The position numbers and the translations under genes are program-made. Under the pieces are notes generated by a model. That model was given only the letters and a program-made list of their open reading frames with translations, searched no databases and had not been told where the DNA came from. 64,000 nucleotides of DNA from Candidatus Enterousia sp. GTDB lineage: Bacteria; Pseudomonadota; Alphaproteobacteria; Rs-D84. The stretch is from assembly GCA_045648925.1 (NCBI GenBank), contig JAZROY010000001.1, positions 8,841-72,840 on the forward strand. Reading direction: 5' to 3'. Positions 9,857-19,049 of this stretch are shown here, piece by piece. Position 1 is the stretch's first letter. Each line of letters opens with the position of its first letter.

Positions 9857-10814
9857 GGATTAGGGGGGACAGATAAAAAGATAAAAATAAATTTTTAAAG
9901 AAAAACAAAAAATTATGCTTTGTGGGGTAAAAATTTCATGGTTTAATCGCATAATAATCGGGATGGCGCATGATAATAAACAGGTTGCAAATATAATAAT
10001 GGCAGAAATCTGCGGGGAAGCGGTATAAAAAAGGATATATAAAAGGCGCATAATGTATATTATGTATAGTTGCTAGGGCAACATATACATAATATAACTA
10101 GATAATATACAAACAAATAATAATTGGAATCCGATATATTTTTTGTGTCTGTTGATAAATTTTTTTTGAAAAATATTTTTTTCTTGAATCTTTTTGTTAT
10201 AAAAAATTTTTATTTATTTGTTTTTACTGAATAAATAATTTTTTTGAATTTTTTCAAATTTGCCCTTTTTGTGTCGCTGTTTTTATATAAAAGCGCCCTT
10301 TTCTGACCGTTCAAATTTTATTTAATCATATATTTATATGCCCGCATCGCTTAAAATCGATGCGCGTTTTTTTGTCGGATTTCGTGTAAAATGGCTAAAA
10401 TTGTGAAAAAACCGCAGAAATCTGCGGTTTTTTCGTGAGTTTTGCGGTTGAAAAATGACGCAAAAGGTGTGAAAAATCGCGAAAAATTGCCGGTTTTCTG
10501 CGGTTTTTATGGATTTGTGCGTTTTTTTGTTGAAAATATCGAACTATACATAATCCATAACGGTTAGTTATGATATGGTTCGTAATCAGTTGCGATGGAA
10601 CCTTTTTCTACTTGAAAGCCGTTTATAACATCGTCAATTGATAATGATGACGCATGTTGCGAGTTTCTTACATAAAAGATAACATAAGGGTATTATATCA
10701 CAATTGTTGGATAGAAAAAAAAGTAAAAAATTGTTTTTATATAAAAAACTTGAATTTTTAGGCATAAGAATATAAAATTGACCTTGTCAATTTCAGATAA
10801 AATAAGGATTTGTA

Positions 10815-13217
10815 ATGGCAGATGATATCCAAAAAATAAAAACACGTGAATCTAAATGGCAAAAAAAATGGCGCGAAGCGCGCGCTTTTGTGCCAAAAAA
10901 TGATGGTGTAAAACCCAGATGGTATAATTTGGTAGAATTTCCGTTTTTGTCCGGGGCTGGTCTGCATGCTGGACATTTATTGATTTATACCGGTATGGAT
11001 GTTATGTCACGTTTTCGTCGTCACCAGGGTTATGATGTGTTGTTCCCTATGGGGTTTGATGCGATGGGAATTACCGCGGAACATTATGCTACTAAAATTG
11101 GCAGACATCCCGCGGAAATCGCCGAAGAATTAAAAAAATCTTATTCAGATGTTATGGATATCGCCGGTTGGTCTGTGGACCCAGAAACAAGGATTGCCAG
11201 TTCTGATCCTGAATATATCAAATGGACACAATGGATGTTTATGCAGTTTTTTAAGGCAGGTCTTGCTTATAAATCTGAATTGCCGATGAATTGGTGCCCA
11301 AATTGCAGAACTACCCTGACCAATGAAGAATTGGAAGATGGAAAATGCAACCGTTGTCATGGCGCGGTTGAAAAAAAATTAAAAATGCAATGGAATTTGC
11401 GTCTTTCTGATTATGCCGAAAAGTTGCTTAGTGGGTTAAAAGATGTTGATTTCGATGAACGTATTAAAAAAGACGAAATCAATATGATTGGTAAATCTGT
11501 CGGGGCAGAGGTTGATTTCCGTGTCGATAACGATACTATGACGGTTTATACAACGCGTGTTGATACTATATTCGGTGTGACTTTCTGTGTGGTCGCACCA
11601 GAACACAACTTAGTTCATAAATGGTTAGACGAAGGTAAAATTCAAAATGCAGATGAAGTAAAAAAATATATAAAAGAATCAATGGCTAAATCTGAAATCG
11701 AAAGAACAGACGCAACCAAAGAAAAAACGGGTGTCGAATTAAAGGGTATCAAAGCAATAAATCCATTTAATAACAAAGAAACACCAGTATTTATATCTGA
11801 TTATGTATTGGCAGATTATGGTTTTGGTGCGATTATGGCTGTGCCTGCACACGATGGACGTGATTATGCTTTTGCGAAGAAATTTGGTTTGCCCATAATC
11901 CCTGTATTGGCGGGTGGTGATATTGAAAAGGAAGCATGGGAAATGGACGGTGAACATATAAATTCTTCTTTCTTGGATGGTATGGGTAAAGAAGAAGCAA
12001 TTGCTGCAGCCATAAAATATGGTTCTGAAAAAGGTTTTGTTCGTGCTGCTACAAAATATAAATTAAAGGACTGGGGTTTTTCACGACAAATGTATTGGGG
12101 TGAACCGATACCACTTGTTCATTGTGATAAATGTGGGTGGCAATGTGTTCCGGAAGATTCGCTTCCAATACTGCAGCCATATATGTTAGATTATAAGCCA
12201 ACTGATGATGGAGAATCACCACTTGCGCGCGCAACAGATTGGGTGAATACCACCTGCCCCGTATGTGGCGGATCGGCAAAACGCGAAACAGATACTATGC
12301 CTGGGTGGGCTGGGTCGTCTTGGTATTTCTTGCGTTATCTTGATCCGAAAAACGATAAAGAATTTTGCAGTAAAGACCAAATGGAAAAATGGATGCCTGT
12401 AAATCATTATAACGGTGGACACGAACATAATACCCGTCATTTGATTTATTCACGGTTTTGGCACCATGCACTTTATGATTTGGGTTTGGTTAATACGCCA
12501 GAACCGTATGCTAAACGCACTGCCCAAGGTTTGGTATTGGGAAGCGATGGATATAAAATATCAAAATCTCGTGGTAACGGGTTTCAAGTAATAGAATTGT
12601 TGAAATCGGCTGGGGCTGATGCGGCGCGTATTGCGATATTGTCTTTGGGACCATGGAAAAATAATACTCTTTGGACCGAAGGGGCTTTGTCCGGTGGTCA
12701 AAGATTTTTGAAACGCGTTGAAGGTTTTGTAGATAATTTAACAGATGAACCTTTGACAGAAGAACAAGATAGATTGGTGAATAAACTGGTCGCGGATATC
12801 ACAAACAAAATTGAAAATATGGAATTTAATACTTCGATTTCTGCGATGATGGAATTTATCAATGAATTTCCGGGCGGAAAAATGCCACGTGCGACTTATG
12901 AGGTTTTAATTCAAATGTTAAACCCTTTTGCACCACATTTAACCGAAGAAATGTGGGAAAAGTTGGGACACAAAGATATGCTGGTATTTGAACCTTGGCC
13001 AACATATGATGAATCAAAATTGGTTGAAACAAATATGACGATTGTTGTGTCTGTGAATGGCAAGCGCGCAAATGATTTTGTTGTTCCAGTTGATATAGCA
13101 GAAAATGATTTAATTGAATCCGCAAAATCTGCCGCGCAAAAACAATTAAGTGGTGCAACTATTATCAAAACGATAGTTGTTCCGAAAAAATTAGTGAACT
13201 TTGTGGTAAAGAAATAA
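10815..13217 (+). CDS. leuS: leucyl-tRNA synthetase
   Basis: It has the class I HIGH motif (HAGHLLIYTG), the KMSKS motif (KISKSRGN), an editing domain and a LeuRS-type C-terminus. It is 800 aa. Confidence 0.9.
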   Translation: MADDIQKIKTRESKWQKKWREARAFVPKNDGVKPRWYNLVEFPFLSGAGLHAGHLLIYTGMDVMSRFRRHQGYDVLFPMGFDAMGITAEHYATKIGRHPAEIAEELKKSYSDVMDIAGWSVDPETRIASSDPEYIKWTQWMFMQFFKAGLAYKSELPMNWCPNCRTTLTNEELEDGKCNRCHGAVEKKLKMQWNLRLSDYAEKLLSGLKDVDFDERIKKDEINMIGKSVGAEVDFRVDNDTMTVYTTRVDTIFGVTFCVVAPEHNLVHKWLDEGKIQNADEVKKYIKESMAKSEIERTDATKEKTGVELKGIKAINPFNNKETPVFISDYVLADYGFGAIMAVPAHDGRDYAFAKKFGLPIIPVLAGGDIEKEAWEMDGEHINSSFLDGMGKEEAIAAAIKYGSEKGFVRAATKYKLKDWGFSRQMYWGEPIPLVHCDKCGWQCVPEDSLPILQPYMLDYKPTDDGESPLARATDWVNTTCPVCGGSAKRETDTMPGWAGSSWYFLRYLDPKNDKEFCSKDQMEKWMPVNHYNGGHEHNTRHLIYSRFWHHALYDLGLVNTPEPYAKRTAQGLVLGSDGYKISKSRGNGFQVIELLKSAGADAARIAILSLGPWKNNTLWTEGALSGGQRFLKRVEGFVDNLTDEPLTEEQDRLVNKLVADITNKIENMEFNTSISAMMEFINEFPGGKMPRATYEVLIQMLNPFAPHLTEEMWEKLGHKDMLVFEPWPTYDESKLVETNMTIVVSVNGKRANDFVVPVDIAENDLIESAKSAAQKQLSGATIIKTIVVPKKLVNFVVKK

Positions 13218-13246
13218 AAAAACCGCCCAAAAGGCGGTTTCTTTTA
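13215..13246. terminator. bidirectional terminator (accgcc-caaaa-ggcggt) between leuS (+) and rpiB (-)
   Basis: The hairpin is flanked by A-runs and T-runs. Confidence 0.7.
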
Positions 13247-13693
13247 AGATATTTTTTTCAATCTGCGAATGCGTCTTTCAACATTATCAAATGGACTTTC
13301 CAGAAAACTTTGTGCGCATAAAAACGCAACTTCGATATCTATGTCATCTGCTGCCAGCGCAAGAACATTTGTATCATCGTGAAAACGATCATCGCGTGCT
13401 TGTTCTGGTCTTTCGCACCGCGATGCCCGAATGTGTCTGTATCGATTCGCAGCAATTTCCATCCCTGCCCCAGTGCCACAAATTAAAATGCCACGCGATT
13501 GTTCGTCGTCCAGCATTTCATCAGCCAATTTTTTAGCGATATCAGGAAAATCAACAGGTGTTTTTACATCGTCTGTACCAAGATTTACGACATTATACCC
13601 CGCCGCCATCAACATTTCGTAAAGATATAACTTTAATCCCACCCCGCGATGGTCGGCGGCAATATAAACATGAGAAATATCTGATTTATTCAT
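13244..13693 (-). CDS. rpiB: ribose-5-phosphate isomerase B (RpiB/LacAB family)
   Basis: It carries the ILICGTGAGMEIAANR block, with AADHRG in place of the GSDHAG consensus. It is 149 aa. Confidence 0.7.
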   Translation of the reverse strand: MNKSDISHVYIAADHRGVGLKLYLYEMLMAAGYNVVNLGTDDVKTPVDFPDIAKKLADEMLDDEQSRGILICGTGAGMEIAANRYRHIRASRCERPEQARDDRFHDDTNVLALAADDIDIEVAFLCAQSFLESPFDNVERRIRRLKKIS

Positions 13694-13695
13694 CT

Positions 13696-14040
13696 TTATT
13701 TGTCCTTTTTCTTTTCCAGTTTACATTCCAATCCTGTGTTTCCAGTGATGTTTAATGTTTTGTAGAACAGAGTGCCAGACATTTTAGCATTTGAAAACAC
13801 ATTTACAGTATTTATATTGGCATTGCCTTTTAAAGATCCATGTAAAAATAATGTTCGCGCAGTTATATCGCCAATAACATGTCCACCACGACCAATAATG
13901 ATTGTTTCGGCATCAATGTTGCCGTTTATTGTTCCGTGAATTTGAACCGTGTGGTCTGTTTCAATGTTCCCCTTAATCAGGCAACCTGCCCCTACGACCG
14001 TGGGAGATTTTTTTTCATCTGCGTTTGTGAATGCTAGCAT
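13696..14040 (-). CDS. bactofilin (DUF583 polymer-forming cytoskeletal protein)
   Basis: The 114-aa protein has repeating beta-helical windings (GNIETDHTVQIHGTINGNIDAETIIIGRGGHVIGDITARTLFLHGSLKGNANINTVNVF). Confidence 0.75.
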   Translation of the reverse strand: MLAFTNADEKKSPTVVGAGCLIKGNIETDHTVQIHGTINGNIDAETIIIGRGGHVIGDITARTLFLHGSLKGNANINTVNVFSNAKMSGTLFYKTLNITGNTGLECKLEKKKDK

Positions 14041-14056
14041 ATTCTCTTCCTTTCTT

Positions 14057-15334
14057 TTAATCTTTTACGAAATTTGCCGGATTAAACGGTGTCCCTTTGT
14101 ATCTTATTTCATAGTGTAGATGTGGCCCCGTTGAACGACCAGATGAACCACCAAGACCAACAACTGTTCCTGGACGCACCCAATCCCCGCGCGAAACCAT
14201 CATTTTGGACAGATGTGCATACAATGTCGTGAATCCCAAACCGTGGTCAATTTCTACGGTTGTACCGTATCCTGTTCTGTCCCCTGCTGAAATTACACGT
14301 CCTGGTGCCACAGCATACAATTCTGTACCAATTTTTCCAGCGAAATCAATTCCTTTGTGCTGTTTAGTAGTTTTTGTAAAAGGATCTTGGCGCGCACCAA
14401 ATGGCGAAGTTATTGTTTTTTGTTCGACCGGTGCGCCAAGTGGCAATATTTTAGTCAACCTTTTTAATCCATGCCATTTTTCGATATCTTGGGCAATTTT
14501 TTGATATTTAGAATCAGCATTTTTTGAAATTTTTACAGGGACATATACCCCACCGATATATTTATTGGAATAATTGTTTGCCTGGGTAATAAGTTGCGCT
14601 TCGCTAAGCCCCAGTTTAGATATGCTGGCATTTATCTTTTTTAATTGTGCATGCAATTCTTCAATGTTTTCAGATGTAAGTTTTGATATGGCATTAATTA
14701 TCTGGTTGTCTGCATTGGATATTTCAATCGCAGATTCCAAGATTTTCTGGTGCTGTTGTTTTAATGTGTCGTTTTCGCTGCGAACCAATTCAAAATCAAG
14801 AACTATTTCAGACATCTTGTCAAATTCAGGTGTGTAATTTTCGTCAGTCATCATTTCAACGATTCGTGTTTGTAAGAAATCTAGTTCACCAATAACCTTT
14901 GACCGGGTATTTAAAAGATCTTCTTTTTCCACATCAGACATTTTTCCGGATTTTAACAATCTGTTGTCTGTAATATTTAAATCACGCGCCAAATCATTGT
15001 ATTTTTTTAAATATGCTTTTAAATCAGCAGTTTGACGATTATGCTGGGCGCGCATTTGTTCCAACTGTTGTGTTCTTTTTTGTAAAAGTGGACGATGATA
15101 TATATAAACATATGTGGACCATGCCGCCCAAATAGTCATTGTTGTAATTAAACAAAACTTGGTGAAACGCCAAAAACTGCTCTGCTGATATGTTGACACG
15201 GTTCCGTCGCGTGTGTCCATAATCGTGCAATCGCGTGGCGGAAACAATCTTTCTATACCACGCCACAACCATCTTAGTGGGGCGGTGATAAATTCCCAAA
15301 GCGATGAAAAATATCTTGTTATAAAGTTTATCAT
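14057..15334 (-). CDS. membrane-anchored coiled-coil M23 (LytM-type) metallo-endopeptidase
   Basis: It has an N-terminal TM segment, a long coiled-coil, and a C-terminal M23 domain (GIDFAG...YAHLS...GSSGRSTGPHLHYEIRYKGTPFNP). It lies directly upstream of the bactofilin gene on the same strand. Confidence 0.85.
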   Translation of the reverse strand: MINFITRYFSSLWEFITAPLRWLWRGIERLFPPRDCTIMDTRDGTVSTYQQSSFWRFTKFCLITTMTIWAAWSTYVYIYHRPLLQKRTQQLEQMRAQHNRQTADLKAYLKKYNDLARDLNITDNRLLKSGKMSDVEKEDLLNTRSKVIGELDFLQTRIVEMMTDENYTPEFDKMSEIVLDFELVRSENDTLKQQHQKILESAIEISNADNQIINAISKLTSENIEELHAQLKKINASISKLGLSEAQLITQANNYSNKYIGGVYVPVKISKNADSKYQKIAQDIEKWHGLKRLTKILPLGAPVEQKTITSPFGARQDPFTKTTKQHKGIDFAGKIGTELYAVAPGRVISAGDRTGYGTTVEIDHGLGFTTLYAHLSKMMVSRGDWVRPGTVVGLGGSSGRSTGPHLHYEIRYKGTPFNPANFVKD

Positions 15335-16017
15335 AATGCATCCAGTGTAGCCAATAATGTATCGATAGTCAAGCCATCACGTAAAATCAAATCGTTATTC
15401 ATAGAAGAACCTTTGAATATGGTTGTTCCTGTCTTTACACCCTGCTTTGCCCGGATTAGAACGCGTTCTGCAGAACTTTTTGCCCCGAATAATGGAAAAA
15501 TTTGAATGTTGCCAAAATGTTTTTCGTCTAAGACTGCCATGATTTTTGCAACACAAAGTGTATCTGTTATCATGCAGATGTATCCTTTCGGCTTGACACG
15601 CGCACAGCAAGATTTTGTCCATTTTGTTATATCTATATTATGATGTGCATTGTGATGTGCTGGCGTTCCGTTAAAATAAGGCGGGTTTGTTATAACCAAA
15701 TCAAATCTTTCGGTTGTAGACCATGTTAAAATGTCTTGGTTAACAAGGTTTATTTGTGCGTTATTCAACATCATATTCCGATTACAAATGTCCAACATTT
15801 CATTTGAAATATCTAAACCTGTGATTTTTATTTTTGGGAAATGTGACAACAAGCAAAGGGATACACCGCCTGTTCCAATACCAACATCCAAAGCGGTTTT
15901 CAGGGCGTTTGGCGAATACGCAGCCAGCCATACAGCATCGCTGGTGGGGTTGTAAAAACTTCGCATCATTTTAATGCGCCCATTTAATAGTGTAAAATTT
16001 CCTTGTTTTTCTGACAC
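15331..16017 (-). CDS. class I SAM-dependent N6-adenine methyltransferase (TrmN6/YfiC-like)
   Basis: It has a SAM-binding region (LDVGIGTGGVSLCL) and an NPPYF catalytic motif (LVITNPPYFNG). It is 228 aa, the size of a small-domain methyltransferase. It overlaps the start of the next gene by 4 nt. Confidence 0.6.
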   Translation of the reverse strand: MSEKQGNFTLLNGRIKMMRSFYNPTSDAVWLAAYSPNALKTALDVGIGTGGVSLCLLSHFPKIKITGLDISNEMLDICNRNMMLNNAQINLVNQDILTWSTTERFDLVITNPPYFNGTPAHHNAHHNIDITKWTKSCCARVKPKGYICMITDTLCVAKIMAVLDEKHFGNIQIFPLFGAKSSAERVLIRAKQGVKTGTTIFKGSSMNNDLILRDGLTIDTLLATLDAL

Positions 16018-16055
16018 ACCTATATAATAATTGATTTAAACAAAAAGGCAAGTTT

Positions 16056-17051
16056 ATGTTTAACGATACAGCAATAGTAGCAACAGCAATAAGTTCTTTT
16101 AATAACGCGGCATTATATGGACCATATTTTTTTGTGGTTGCTTTGTTTTCAATACCGTTATTTTTTATGGTGTTTTTATATGGTCGTGATTTTGTTTCAA
16201 GATTTGGTTTAAATGGTCCAGATTTTGAATCTAAAATTGGTTTTTGGGGTGTGGTAAGTTTGGTGCTTTGGTTGCTTTTGATTGGTGGTAATTATGCGGT
16301 AATACGTGACAGTATATCTTTGTTGCCTGTAATGATAGCATTGGTTTTGTTTGGCTCTGTTGTGTTTGTGACAAATCGGCTTAAAAAATTAAATTATCTG
16401 AAGAAAATATATGATAAAAAATCGCGTTGGTTCGTGTTTGGGTTATTGTTAATTTTGGCTGGTTTTTCTGCGATGCCAAATTGGTGGGGGATTTTATTAC
16501 AGTTAAGTGCTGTGGTGTGCGGAATGATAGTTGGTGACAGATTACACAAAAATATTTCTGATGTTTTGGCATCTTTGATTGTGTTTGGAACAACAACGAT
16601 TTTGCTTTTGATGCAGCCAGAATATTTTAGATTTGGTCAATTGGGAAATTTAACTTTTATTCATATTTTGGCATTGTTGTTGACTGGTTTTTTCTGTATA
16701 ACTGCGTTTGCGTCAAAATATACAAAAACACGTGGGAAAATTTATAACAGTGCTTATATCAAATTAAAATGGTTGTTTCGTATATTGTCTGCATTGGCTT
16801 TGATTCTTTTTGTCTTAACAGAATCTGTACCTATTTTTATTGGGTTGATGGCGGTTTGTGCTTTGTCTGAGATGATGACTATATACCACAGCAAAGGTAT
16901 CCCAGAACATATATTTAAACAATCTTGGGCTTTGTTGATGATAAGTTTTGGAATAATAATAATATGTCCTTTTATCAGTATGTTAGGTATAATTTATTTG
17001 ATATCTGTGGCGCCAAAGATTGATTATAAAGATTTTATGAAATTGTTATAA
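16056..17051 (+). CDS. polytopic integral membrane protein, unknown function
   Basis: The 331-aa protein has about 9-10 predicted hydrophobic helices. No catalytic motif is recognised. Confidence 0.5.
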   Translation: MFNDTAIVATAISSFNNAALYGPYFFVVALFSIPLFFMVFLYGRDFVSRFGLNGPDFESKIGFWGVVSLVLWLLLIGGNYAVIRDSISLLPVMIALVLFGSVVFVTNRLKKLNYLKKIYDKKSRWFVFGLLLILAGFSAMPNWWGILLQLSAVVCGMIVGDRLHKNISDVLASLIVFGTTTILLLMQPEYFRFGQLGNLTFIHILALLLTGFFCITAFASKYTKTRGKIYNSAYIKLKWLFRILSALALILFVLTESVPIFIGLMAVCALSEMMTIYHSKGIPEHIFKQSWALLMISFGIIIICPFISMLGIIYLISVAPKIDYKDFMKLL

Positions 17052-17129
17052 TTGGTTATATTTATTGAATACCATATATTATAAATTTATTGTAGTATAC
17101 CCTTTGTAAAACTAACAAATGGGATAAAA

Positions 17130-17936
17130 ATGGCAACTGTTATTCATCCAAGTGCGATTATTAAACCGGGGGCAATCATTGGCAATGATTGTAAGATTGG
17201 TCCTTTTTGTATCGTTGGGTCCAATGTTGTTTTGGGTGATCGTGTTGAATTGGTTTCTAATGTTGTAATAGATGGGAAAACATCCATAGGCGATGATTCC
17301 ATAGTGTATCCTTTTGCTGTTTTGGGTGTAATGAGTCAAGATTTAAAATGGCAAGATGAAAATGCGATGACTGGTTTGCGTATTGGAAAACGTTGTAAAA
17401 TCCGCGAATATGTGACGATTCATTCTGGAACACCTGCTTCGGATGGTACGGAAATTGGTGACGATTGTCAGATTATGGTCAATGCCCATGTGGGGCATGA
17501 TTGCAAGGTTGGTAATAGCGTGGTTATGTCTAATCTGGTTCAAGTTGCAGGTCATGTAGAAATTGAAGATTTTGCTATATTGTCCGGTGGTGTTATGGTG
17601 TTGCAATTTGCCCGTATTGGACGCAATGCCTTTATCGGTGGTATGAGTGGGGTTGGTAATGATGTTTTACCCTATGCTATTTATGATGGTGAACGCGCGG
17701 TATATCGAACGATAAATCGTGTTGGCTTGATGCGACATGGGTTTACTAATGAAGATTTGCATGCGATTCATTCTGTGTATTCTGCGGTCTTTGGCGACAG
17801 CGAAGGAACTGTTTCTGAAAGATTGAACAAGGTTCGCAAAGAAGTAAAAAACAACAAATATGCTATGGATGCCATAGATTTCATAGAAAATCGTTCAAAA
17901 CGTGGTATTGGAACTGCAAAAAATGACACTCACTAG
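17130..17936 (+). CDS. lpxA: acyl-ACP--UDP-N-acetylglucosamine O-acyltransferase
   Basis: It starts IHPSAII, has hexapeptide (LbetaH) repeats and an LpxA-specific C-terminal helical domain. It is 268 aa. Confidence 0.9.
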   Translation: MATVIHPSAIIKPGAIIGNDCKIGPFCIVGSNVVLGDRVELVSNVVIDGKTSIGDDSIVYPFAVLGVMSQDLKWQDENAMTGLRIGKRCKIREYVTIHSGTPASDGTEIGDDCQIMVNAHVGHDCKVGNSVVMSNLVQVAGHVEIEDFAILSGGVMVLQFARIGRNAFIGGMSGVGNDVLPYAIYDGERAVYRTINRVGLMRHGFTNEDLHAIHSVYSAVFGDSEGTVSERLNKVRKEVKNNKYAMDAIDFIENRSKRGIGTAKNDTH

Positions 17937-17943
17937 TAAAAAA

Positions 17944-19032
17944 ATGAAGATATTTATTATTGCAGGCGAAGTTTCCGGTGATGTTTTGGGTGCGAAAATA
18001 ATGCAGGAAATGGACGGGGTTGATTTTGTTGGGGTTGGTGGTCAATATATGACCAGGGCTGGATTAAAATCATTATTCCCTATGTCTGATTTGTCGGTTA
18101 TGGGTGTGTTCGAAGTTTTGGGACATGCACGCACTTTGATGAAGCGTATAAAGCAAACGGTTGGTGCCATAATCAAAGAAAAGCCAGATGTTGTTTTAAC
18201 AATCGATTCGCCAGGATTTGCAAAATCTGTTGTAAGAGGTGTGCGAAAAAAAGGGCTTTTGAATACAACAAAATTTTATCATGTTGTCGCGCCTCAGGTT
18301 TGGGCATGGGGGGCAAGTCGTGCCGGTAAATATGCCAAAATATTTGATAAATTATATGCTTTCTTTGATTTTGAAAAACCTTATTTTGAAAAATATGGGC
18401 TGCCCGTGGTTGCTGTTGGACACCCTATTTCTGATGGATTAAAAAAGTATAAAAAAACAGTCAAAAATAAAAAAATTATCACTTTTATCCCAGGAAGTCG
18501 TATAAGCGAAGTCAGAAAGTTATTACCAATATTTAATCGCACAATTGATAAATTGGGAAAAGATTACGAATTTGTTATACCAACTGTGGAAACCACAGAT
18601 GAATATATTCGCAAAAATATCCAAAATTGGGCAATAAAACCAAAATTAGTTTCTTCGGATAAAAGATATGAACTTTATGCGAATACTTATATCGCTGTTG
18701 CCGCCAGTGGCACTGTTTCTGCGGAACTTGCCATAATGCACATACCAACCATAGTTGTTTATAAAATGAACCCGTTAACAATGTTATTGGCGCATATTTT
18801 GATTCGTGTAAAATGGGCATCTTTGGTAAATATTTTGATGAACAAAACGATATTTCCAGAATTGCTGGGACAGAAAGCAAATCCAGTGGAAATAACAAAT
18901 ACCATCCATAAATTAACAGATGCAAAAGAAAGGAAAAAAATCATTGATGATTTGAAAAAAGCAGATAATCAATGGACAAGGTCTAACCAAAATGCAGCAA
19001 AATTAATCGCAGATGATATAATGTTATCCTGA
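17944..19032 (+). CDS. lpxB: lipid-A-disaccharide synthase
   Basis: The MKIFIIAGEVSGDVLGA N-terminus is canonical LpxB, and GPGS-type GT-B motifs are present. The start was chosen after the lpxA stop; the longer ORF from 17902 overlaps lpxA. Confidence 0.85.
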   Translation: MKIFIIAGEVSGDVLGAKIMQEMDGVDFVGVGGQYMTRAGLKSLFPMSDLSVMGVFEVLGHARTLMKRIKQTVGAIIKEKPDVVLTIDSPGFAKSVVRGVRKKGLLNTTKFYHVVAPQVWAWGASRAGKYAKIFDKLYAFFDFEKPYFEKYGLPVVAVGHPISDGLKKYKKTVKNKKIITFIPGSRISEVRKLLPIFNRTIDKLGKDYEFVIPTVETTDEYIRKNIQNWAIKPKLVSSDKRYELYANTYIAVAASGTVSAELAIMHIPTIVVYKMNPLTMLLAHILIRVKWASLVNILMNKTIFPELLGQKANPVEITNTIHKLTDAKERKKIIDDLKKADNQWTRSNQNAAKLIADDIMLS

Positions 19033-19049
19033 ATATGTTTTTTTTATTC

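Noticed and set aside
9800-10815. Possible CRISPR array or repeat locus in the long intergenic region upstream of leuS
   Set aside because: There are no regularly spaced identical direct repeats with unique spacers, only scattered short motifs and independent hairpins.
10758-10976. 72-aa minus-strand ORF overlapping the leuS start
   Set aside because: It overlaps the leuS 5' end in antisense and has low-complexity composition with no signals.
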